Virus record (IMG/VR): IMGVR_UViG_3300048838_000649
Span: 1 to 41,343 of that record
Strand: one strand, 5' to 3'
DNA from: a virus
Lineage: Duplodnaviria; Caudoviricetes
DNA: 41,343 nucleotides
This document shows positions 35,338-41,343 of the stretch, in pieces; position 1 is the first letter of the stretch; every line of letters starts with the position of its first letter. The notes under the pieces were generated by a model. The model saw only the letters and a program-made list of their open reading frames with translations. It made no database searches and had not been told where the DNA came from. The position numbers were made by a program, and so were the translations under genes.

Positions 35338-35621
35338 TTCTGTATTTGGTTCGTATCGTATCGCCTGTAGTCGCTCGAATGGCGGTGGCTATTTTCCGCA
35401 TGATGGTCTTGGCACTGGTCACAGTATTGATCAGCCTACCTCGTGCGGTTGATTTCTTCGCCAGTGAATGGACGCAGCAGGCAATTGACAAAGGATGGAT
35501 ACCTACGCGGTGGGAGCGAGTCACCTACTACATCTTGTGTGCGGTGGCTTTCATTCAGTTCTTGGTGGGATTTGTAGTTCTGTCCCACATCACGGTTTGG
35601 TTGTTTTGGCTGATTTTCTAG
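35316..35621 (+). CDS. Membrane protein (2-3 TM)
   Basis: GGAGGTG before ATG 35316. Hydrophobic helices. Confidence 0.7.
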   Translation: MGRIIRIVLYLVRIVSPVVARMAVAIFRMMVLALVTVLISLPRAVDFFASEWTQQAIDKGWIPTRWERVTYYILCAVAFIQFLVGFVVLSHITVWLFWLIF

Positions 35622-35681
35622 ATGATAAGATGTTTGGAGAGTGGGTGGAGGATCTGCTCACTCTCCAGCATAAATACTCTG

Positions 35682-36353
35682 ATGAAAGCACTTACAGTTA
35701 ACCAGAAGATTGTTTTTGATTGGGCATATTTTTTTCATTGGGCCTCTATGGAGGATTTTGTTCGTGCTATCGCACCTGATAAGAAACGAGTGGGAGGGGT
35801 GGAGTATTCACTGAAAAGACTGGTCGAAAAGAGGAAGCTAAAGGCACGAAAAGTCCGAGGATACGGCAACAAATTATTCTATAGCGTGGTAGGGAGCCAG
35901 AAGGTAGATGACTACTCGATTACGCATGGACTGTACTGTACGGACGCGCTGTTGAGATTCCATGAGTCAAAGGTCGGGGACTACGTAAGCGAGAGAGAAT
36001 TTCGAGCGAAGCGATTCAAGCCAGTTCCAGAGTTTGCGGTGCGCTATGGAGAGGTGGCTATTTTGTTCGAGTATTCAACGGCTAATAACTTCAAGCGAAA
36101 GAAACTGATCGAGAAGAAGCTACAGGCGTACAAGGAAGGGATGGGGAAGTTTGAGCGTGAGTTGTCGGCAAAGCCGATATTGGTCTATGTGATTGAAGCT
36201 CCTGAATGGGAGGTAGACAAACTGGCAGCGCGGTATGAGCGAAACGACTTCTTCTTCTGCGACAGCCGGATGTTCTATTCAACACCTACGGGAGAGCAGC
36301 TTAGTAAGCCAATCTATACATGGCGAGGTGAAAAGGTGAATCTCTATGCTTAA
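35682..36353 (+). CDS. Replication-relaxation (Replic_Relax)-like wHTH plus PD-(D/E)xK protein
   Basis: LKRLVEKRKL wing, ITHGLYCTD, PEF...LFEYS, KKLQAY, LVYV. Next to a coupling-protein ATPase. Start is 35622 or 35682. Confidence 0.65.
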   Translation: MKALTVNQKIVFDWAYFFHWASMEDFVRAIAPDKKRVGGVEYSLKRLVEKRKLKARKVRGYGNKLFYSVVGSQKVDDYSITHGLYCTDALLRFHESKVGDYVSEREFRAKRFKPVPEFAVRYGEVAILFEYSTANNFKRKKLIEKKLQAYKEGMGKFERELSAKPILVYVIEAPEWEVDKLAARYERNDFFFCDSRMFYSTPTGEQLSKPIYTWRGEKVNLYA

Positions 36354-37863
36354 TTTACATGATCTAGTTGATCTATTGCTTGGGGGACGAGAACCAAATC
36401 ATCCTGACTTCCCTGATGTCAAAGAGGTCAAAGACGACATGGTCTACTTTGATTCACTTACTCGGGGACTAGGGATATCGGGTAACCCCGGAACAGGCAA
36501 AACCACTACAACCGCCCACATGATCATGACCTACGCCCGAACGTATCCGACCCGACCAGTTGTCGTATTTGATGCTTCGGGATCTTTGACCAATGAAATT
36601 CTACTGACTATGGAAGGGCTGCCCCCTGAGGAGAGGGCGCGTATACGAAGTAGGGTTGTTCTTGATATGCCAGGTCACCCAAATTGGGTAGTGCCTAAAC
36701 CGATGTTTCATTCTGATTATGGACTGACCAAAGAGGAACTGGTCCAAAAGGCTGTCGGAATATTAAAAGAGCTGAACCACGAAAAGATGGAACGTAACCC
36801 GACAATGGCAACAGCTATCTCGACGACCGCACCCGAACTGTTTAGGCTGATATTTGAGATCACCGATGACGTAGGTGAATCATGGCAGATCACGGAGGCC
36901 AAGAAACTGCTCATCGATACTTATGAGGGCGGACTTCTGGAGAAAGCCATCGAGGAATATGGAAAGAAAGCGCCAAGCGCCAAGTGGTATCTTGAAGCGG
37001 AACTACTCAAGAATCTGTCACAACCTGCACGAGAATCGCGCATCGGGTCGCTTATCACCGCCTTGGAGGTTATTGAAACAGATCCCTTACGAGCCAAGTA
37101 TGGATATCCGCGACCGGGGGTAAGTTACAACGAGATCATCGAGAAGGGGCTTATCTACATCATTAGTGGCGAGAAACTAGCCAACCAAGATGAAGCACAG
37201 GCTTGGACATTCTGGGATGAGTTCGCCTCACTTCGAGCTGTGATTAATCAACGCATACCGCATAACCCCAAAGACAAGCCGGTCTTGTTGGTGATTGATG
37301 AGGTGTACAAGCTGTTTGAAATTAAGGGAATGGCGAAGTCCCTTGGACAGATCTCGACTTACTTCCGATCACGAAAACTCATGCCGGTGATCATCCTTCA
37401 AGCCTTCTGGCAGCTAGAAGACACCTTGATGAAGCAGTATTGGAATCTTGGCAATCTCATAACCTTCCAGATGGACAACCTTGACGATGCTTACAAGCTT
37501 GCCCAGCAGATGTTCAAGTACGAAACAACTAGGGTCAAGTTTGACGCGCCAAAGGAAGGAACAAACCCAACGGCCGAAGGAGATCGGGGTCAGTATCTCC
37601 AAGAGGCCAACTGGATACAGAATCTTGGCAAACGAAGGATGTTGATGCGGCGATATGTCAACGAACAAGAGAAAGAGGGCTGTATCGCCTATGTGCATGA
37701 AACCACATTTGTCGAGCGAGCCGAGCTGGATGTATTTCAAATGGTCGAGCTTAAGGAGCAGCTTTTAAAGAATGGTCGAGCGGTTCATGTCAAAGATGCA
37801 TTGCGGATTGTCAACAATCGAAACCTCGACGACCCCAAGGATAAGCTCGGTATATCCAAGTAG
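36346..37863 (+). CDS. VirD4/TraD/HerA-like P-loop ATPase (coupling-protein-like)
   Basis: Walker A GNPGTGKT, VVVFDASGSL, Walker B LVIDE, RSRKL...ILQ...QL, GNLITF. Confidence 0.82.
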   Translation: MLNLHDLVDLLLGGREPNHPDFPDVKEVKDDMVYFDSLTRGLGISGNPGTGKTTTTAHMIMTYARTYPTRPVVVFDASGSLTNEILLTMEGLPPEERARIRSRVVLDMPGHPNWVVPKPMFHSDYGLTKEELVQKAVGILKELNHEKMERNPTMATAISTTAPELFRLIFEITDDVGESWQITEAKKLLIDTYEGGLLEKAIEEYGKKAPSAKWYLEAELLKNLSQPARESRIGSLITALEVIETDPLRAKYGYPRPGVSYNEIIEKGLIYIISGEKLANQDEAQAWTFWDEFASLRAVINQRIPHNPKDKPVLLVIDEVYKLFEIKGMAKSLGQISTYFRSRKLMPVIILQAFWQLEDTLMKQYWNLGNLITFQMDNLDDAYKLAQQMFKYETTRVKFDAPKEGTNPTAEGDRGQYLQEANWIQNLGKRRMLMRRYVNEQEKEGCIAYVHETTFVERAELDVFQMVELKEQLLKNGRAVHVKDALRIVNNRNLDDPKDKLGISK

Positions 37864-37945
37864 CTATTACGGGACAGGAGTATCGTACCCGATTAGCCCA
37901 CGTCTGACGTGGAGTAGGTCAGATTAGAAAGGAAGGTGATAGCCA

Positions 37946-38245
37946 ATGTTGTTTGCAGTTTTGGTTCTGATGTTCGGAATCTTGGTGTTTCTTCTTGACC
38001 GTTTTGTCATCAAGGCAAAGCCAAAAGGTGGATGGATTCCAACTTGCATCTCGGATGGAAATCCGATGGTCAAAGTACCACCCACAAAGGACAAGCCCGA
38101 CAAAGTGAAGCACTATCTGGATACATATAGCTTGCCACTGAAAGTGGTACAGAAGTATGTCTGCCAAAAGTGTGGACGGGAACTGTGGATCGCTCCGCAG
38201 GTAGAAGAAATGGAAAAGAGCCTGTTTGTCGGACGAAGACCGTAG
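37946..38245 (+). CDS. Membrane-anchored protein with CxxC zinc ribbon
   Basis: N-terminal TM, YVCQKCG. SD AGGAAGGTGA. Confidence 0.7.
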   Translation: MLFAVLVLMFGILVFLLDRFVIKAKPKGGWIPTCISDGNPMVKVPPTKDKPDKVKHYLDTYSLPLKVVQKYVCQKCGRELWIAPQVEEMEKSLFVGRRP

Positions 38246-38325
38246 ATGACACGGCTGGACTTTCTTTTCTAGTCTGGCCGTGCATTGAGAGCATGGCCGC
38301 GGGCGCGTAAGATGAGATCTAAGAC

Positions 38326-38688
38326 ATGGAAGAGCTGAAAACGTACATACCACCCCTCTGGTGTCGAAATCTTTGCATAAACGCCCATACAGGCGCTTGT
38401 GTAAGTGTGTGCGCCGAGGAACGACAAGGGCGGTTCTTCATGTTAGATCGCGATATTTCTATTGAGGATATGCCACCATTCTCGATTGAAAGCTGGCAGT
38501 TTGACAGCTCCCCCAAGGAGCGCCAGATCATGGCTGGGGTCTACTTAACTAAGTTAGTCGAGAGGGCGCAAGAGCGAGTAGCACCCAAATACTATTATGA
38601 CTCACCTGCATTTATCGAGGTTGAGGAGGAGGTGACCAAAAAGAATCTGTTTGATCCCGAAAGTTGGAGAGTAGCTATAGGAGAATAA
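38326..38688 (+). CDS. Hypothetical protein, Cys-rich N-terminus
   Basis: 120-aa ORF. Confidence 0.65.
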   Translation: MEELKTYIPPLWCRNLCINAHTGACVSVCAEERQGRFFMLDRDISIEDMPPFSIESWQFDSSPKERQIMAGVYLTKLVERAQERVAPKYYYDSPAFIEVEEEVTKKNLFDPESWRVAIGE

Positions 38689-38690
38689 CC

Positions 38691-38990
38691 ATGTGGAGTT
38701 TGGAACAAGATGAAAAACAGAATGTCATTGGATCACTGAACTATGCAAAGAAATGGGCTCAGGATTTTGAACACAATCCAGATGAACAACCCTCGACAGC
38801 CTACCAACTAGACCTCTTGATTTACTTTGCAGAGGATTGGCTTTACCTCATCGCCCATCAGAAGAAACTTGGGAAGCCCATCGACTTCGATGAAATCTTG
38901 AGAACACTAGACACATATCGAACTGTCACAATCCCTGAGGCCCAACAGCAAGACGCTATAGAAAAGTCTAGTTTAGTTATAGGAGAATGA
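38691..38990 (+). CDS. Hypothetical protein
   Basis: AGGAG before ATG 38691. Confidence 0.65.
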   Translation: MWSLEQDEKQNVIGSLNYAKKWAQDFEHNPDEQPSTAYQLDLLIYFAEDWLYLIAHQKKLGKPIDFDEILRTLDTYRTVTIPEAQQQDAIEKSSLVIGE

Positions 38991-39277
38991 CGATGGAAAA
39001 CTTAGAGAGAGTAGTCTACATACTGGATGAATTAGCAGACGAATCGCTGCGTTGCCAAGATAGTCTAAAGGAACGTGAACTGTCTGTTGCCTATTTTGGC
39101 TTTATGTATGCTTGGGCAACAGCAACCAAACGGGATATCTTGCGTAAAACTGAGGCAGGTCAACCCTACTTGGATGATTGGCTCTTTGCAGCAGCAACCT
39201 CAGTTGGCGCATTGGCAAGACACGTACACCAGATGGAAAGGGTTATTGACATACCCGAGGAGATTTTGGTAGATTGA
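38987..39277 (+). CDS. Hypothetical protein
   Basis: AGGAG SD and ATGA overlap. Confidence 0.65.
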   Translation: MTMENLERVVYILDELADESLRCQDSLKERELSVAYFGFMYAWATATKRDILRKTEAGQPYLDDWLFAAATSVGALARHVHQMERVIDIPEEILVD

Positions 39278-39303
39278 CATTAGACTGTTGGAAACACTAG
39301 AAT
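39274..39303 (+). promoter_or_regulatory. Sigma70-type promoter
   Basis: TTGACA-18 bp-TAGAAT. Confidence 0.6.
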
Positions 39304-39310
39304 ATTCGTA

Positions 39311-39345
39311 AAGGGAATCGGTTCCAACGGCGGTTCCCTTTTTTT
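39311..39345 (+). terminator. Intrinsic terminator
   Basis: AAGGGAATCG...CGGTTCCCTT followed by TTTTT. Confidence 0.75.
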
Positions 39346-39350
39346 ATGGA

Positions 39351-39662
39351 ATGAAATACATATCAATCACAGTGCCTAAGACCAACAAAGATAAGTGGAT
39401 GTTCTCTATCACTGGTCGCAATAATGGCAAGACTCGTGCAAATGTCCATACCCTATTCAATCAAATAGAGAAATATCTTCATCCTCTTAGTTCAACGCTG
39501 AAAGAAAAACACGCGGTTAGAGTGAATTATGATGATGGCATCAATGTGAGCTTGTCATCCACCGATCCGAAATACCTCATCTATGTAATGTCTTGTTTCT
39601 TGGAAGACCACCTATCAGAAATTGTCTTGAGGAGAACAGAGAAGTTTGCGAGTGAATTTTAA
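39351..39662 (+). CDS. Hypothetical protein
   Basis: 103-aa ORF, followed by hairpin TGGAGGCTAG...CTAGCTTCCA. Confidence 0.65.
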   Translation: MKYISITVPKTNKDKWMFSITGRNNGKTRANVHTLFNQIEKYLHPLSSTLKEKHAVRVNYDDGINVSLSSTDPKYLIYVMSCFLEDHLSEIVLRRTEKFASEF

Positions 39663-39725
39663 TAACGACTTTGGAGGCTAGTTTCGGGTAGTTACTAGCT
39701 TCCAGAAGCGGGATTAAATTACTTG

Positions 39726-39759
39726 TTGACAGACTGTCAAAAATATGTCAATTTGAAGT
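39726..39759 (+). promoter_or_regulatory. Leaderless promoter of the initiator, with TTGACA/TGTCAA inverted repeats
   Basis: TTGACA-gac-TGTCAA-aaata-TGTCAATTT, 5 nt before ATG 39760. Confidence 0.65.
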
Positions 39760-40446
39760 ATGCAAAGACCTTCAAAGGTGCGGGATAAACGCAACAAAGG
39801 CTACTTCATAGTAGACAATATCTATCTCAATGGATATGCCAGAAAACTCGGAGTCCACGCCACAGCAGTCTACCTCTCCCTTTGTCGCCACGCCGATAAC
39901 TCTCAAACAGCCTTCCCCGCTCAGAGTCTAATTGCAAAAGAAACCGGAATGGGCCGAAGAACTGTTATTGATAAGATCAAAATCTTAGAAGAATGGAACA
40001 TAATAGAAATCGAAAGGGAACGGAACTCCAAGGGAGAGTGGTTGCGGAATATATACACTTTGCTAGATAAAACAGAGTGGAAAGACTATCCAAGTGCAAG
40101 AGATGCACATGGTGACTATCCATGTGCAGATGACGACACCATCCATGTGCAGGAGCTGCACACTAAGAAGACTAATACACTTAAGAAGACTAATACCCTC
40201 TCTAAGGGCTACGGTTCAATCAAGAGTTTAGGGGAAAACGAATTTACGCAAATAGCAGGGTTTTATTGTGTTCCCATCGCCTTTGTCAGATCGAAGTACG
40301 ATGACATGATCAACTGGCATGAATCAACAGGCCGGCAGAAAAAGAACTGGTATGCAACACTCCGCAACTGGGTAAAGAGCGATGCTATGAAACTTAGGAA
40401 GGAGGCCGATGGCAACAAGCGAGGAATCGATGCAAGTAACTTGTGA
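39760..40446 (+). CDS. Phage replication initiator (N-terminal winged HTH)
   Basis: AVYLSLCRHA...AFPAQSLIAKETGMGRRTV...LEEWNII...NIYTL, C-terminal KNWYATLRNW, internal DNA repeats. Confidence 0.88.
   Translation: MQRPSKVRDKRNKGYFIVDNIYLNGYARKLGVHATAVYLSLCRHADNSQTAFPAQSLIAKETGMGRRTVIDKIKILEEWNIIEIERERNSKGEWLRNIYTLLDKTEWKDYPSARDAHGDYPCADDDTIHVQELHTKKTNTLKKTNTLSKGYGSIKSLGENEFTQIAGFYCVPIAFVRSKYDDMINWHESTGRQKKNWYATLRNWVKSDAMKLRKEADGNKRGIDASNL
40084..40196. repeat. Iterons / putative replication origin inside the initiator gene
   Basis: ATCCAWGTGCA x3 (two completing GTGCA-N5-TGCAC palindromes at 40094-40108 and 40147-40161), then TAAGAAGACTAATAC x2 (40164-40178, 40182-40196). Confidence 0.8.
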
Positions 40447-40693
40447 GGAGATTTGGATCGTAAATGTAGGAAACGAAAAAACCGAGTTGACTTCCAAGGA
40501 GGTAGAGATATTAAAAGCAGCTTCGACTTCGGGACAACGGGGAATAGTGTGGTTCAAAGATCGAGCTATATCGATCCCACACATCCAATCGGTGACGATG
40601 AAGAAGCGCACCTATTATCGACTACAGGAGGGAACGAAACTGCAAATTTCAAAGGAAGTCTACGAGAAACACGCCAGAGCTCTAAAGGGTTAA
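40409..40693 (+). CDS. Hypothetical protein
   Basis: SD AGGAGG before ATG 40409. Follows the initiator. Confidence 0.7.
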   Translation: MATSEESMQVTCEEIWIVNVGNEKTELTSKEVEILKAASTSGQRGIVWFKDRAISIPHIQSVTMKKRTYYRLQEGTKLQISKEVYEKHARALKG

Positions 40694-41118
40694 CCCCTAA
40701 ACCAACCTTTTTCCTCAGATGTCTTCCTTCGATGACAGTTGGCACAGCGTACAACAGTTTTCCCAATTTCGGCCGCAATTGATTCTATAGAATACCCACC
40801 TCTTGGCATATCAGCGATAGAGATTCGTTTCTTGCCCTTGATGTGATCAAATTCTAGGACAACTGGATCGGACTCGCCACAATCGACGCAAGGGTGGGTT
40901 GATAGATAGTCCCAGATGAACTGTCTTGCCTCATCAACTTTGCGTTGTCTTTCTAATCTGATTCTTTCTTTAGTGTCGTCTGAGCGGCGTTTGTAGCTGG
41001 CACGGTTAAACTCACGCATGCAATCGCGACAATGTTTTTGGTGTGTTTTTAAAAGTTTGTTGGAGTAAGCGAACTCTGTAAGGGGCTTAATTTCCTTACA
41101 GTGTGCGCACTTTTTCAT
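40690..41118 (-). CDS. Zn-binding HNH-like endonuclease
   Basis: CxxC...CxxC N-terminus, CVDCGESDPVVLEFDH, CANCHRRKT. Confidence 0.82.
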   Translation of the reverse strand: MKKCAHCKEIKPLTEFAYSNKLLKTHQKHCRDCMREFNRASYKRRSDDTKERIRLERQRKVDEARQFIWDYLSTHPCVDCGESDPVVLEFDHIKGKKRISIADMPRGGYSIESIAAEIGKTVVRCANCHRRKTSEEKGWFRG

Positions 41119-41135
41119 TTAATTTCAACCAATCA

Positions 41136-41155
41136 GGGTCGGTTTAAGGGTCGGT
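41136..41155. promoter_or_regulatory. Putative integrase arm-type sites
   Basis: GGGTCGGT x2 at a 12-bp period, same orientation as 194-213. Confidence 0.7.
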
Positions 41156-41162
41156 TGATAAG

Positions 41163-41185
41163 AAAAAGCCCCATTTCTGGGGCTT
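41163..41185 (-). terminator. Phage-supplied terminator for the reconstituted tRNA
   Basis: AAGCCCCA-TTTC-TGGGGCTT with an A-run. Confidence 0.8.
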
Positions 41186-41192
41186 CTCAGAG

Positions 41193-41236
41193 AGTCGCGG
41201 GGGTGCGATTCGAACGCACGACCTCCGGGTTATGAG
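41193..41236 (-). repeat. Right att site
   Basis: Direct repeat of 83-126. Confidence 0.95.
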
Positions 41237-41266
41237 CCCGACGAGCTGCCACTGCTCTACCCCGCA
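41195..41266 (-). tRNA. Initiator tRNA-Met (CAT), CCA not encoded
   Basis: Full cloverleaf. Anticodon stem GGG/CCC, A11-U24, weak U1-G72 pair, TTCGAAT T-loop. Confidence 0.96.
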
Positions 41267-41278
41267 CAACAAGGAGGC

Positions 41279-41306
41279 ATTATAGCGCATCATGAATCTG
41301 TGTCAA
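41279..41306 (-). promoter_or_regulatory. Host tRNA promoter
   Basis: TTGACA-16 bp-TATAAT followed by a GC-rich discriminator GCCTCC. Confidence 0.85.
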
Positions 41307-41311
41307 TAGGA

Positions 41312-41340
41312 TTGACGCGGCGCGCGCGGCTTCTTATACT
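41312..41340 (+). promoter_or_regulatory. Divergent host promoter
   Basis: TTGACG-17 bp-TATACT. Confidence 0.65.
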
Positions 41341-41343
41341 TGG

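Larger units (their letters stand above)
83..41236. mobile_element. Complete temperate prophage (podovirus-like virion genes) integrated in tRNA-fMet
   Basis: Bounded by a 44-bp direct repeat of the tRNA 3' half (83-126 and 41193-41236). Integrase lies next to one end. Terminase, portal, capsid, lysis and replication genes lie inside. No tape-measure or sheath gene was recognised. Confidence 0.95.

Noticed and set aside
40084-40196. CRISPR mini-array
   Set aside because: Repeats are short, irregularly spaced and inside the initiator ORF, which fits iterons. No repeat-spacer array or cas operon was seen, and the 2681 nuclease lacks the Cas4 cysteine cluster.
83-41236. Alternative genetic code or stop-codon readthrough
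   Set aside because: Genes are full-length and densely packed under the standard code, and all three stops are used.

Overview
The window is one apparently complete temperate prophage of about 41.1 kb (83-41236). It is integrated in the 3' half of an initiator tRNA-Met gene on the minus strand at the right end, with about 80-110 bp of host flank on each side. From left to right it holds: a tyrosine integrase; early and recombination genes (PD-(D/E)xK exonuclease, SSB-like protein, YopX, lytic transglycosylase, VRR-NUC, SprT-like protease); a defence block (DNA methyltransferase, convergent putative restriction endonuclease, Abi-like protein); a podovirus-like virion module in unusual order (adaptor, portal, tail hub, tailspike and ejection proteins before terminase, scaffold and capsid); a LamG fibre gene whose 5' end was displaced by an HNH endonuclease; a CHAP lysis cassette; an accessory block with a membrane-anchored HTH protein, a Replic_Relax-like protein and a VirD4/TraD-like ATPase; and a replication initiator with internal iterons. 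The most unusual signals are non-coding. (1) A ~500-nt, densely base-paired RNA candidate (4874-5375) framed by tRNA-like ends inside a 15-bp outer stem. (2) A five-copy AAGYGTTGT leader hairpin just downstream of -10 boxes of virion genes, which pairs over the start codon in four copies. Many other genes look leaderless and individually promoted. All protein calls come from motifs read by eye, with no database searches. A Chloroflexota-like host is only a weak inference from V/E/T-rich and P/T-rich linker styles.
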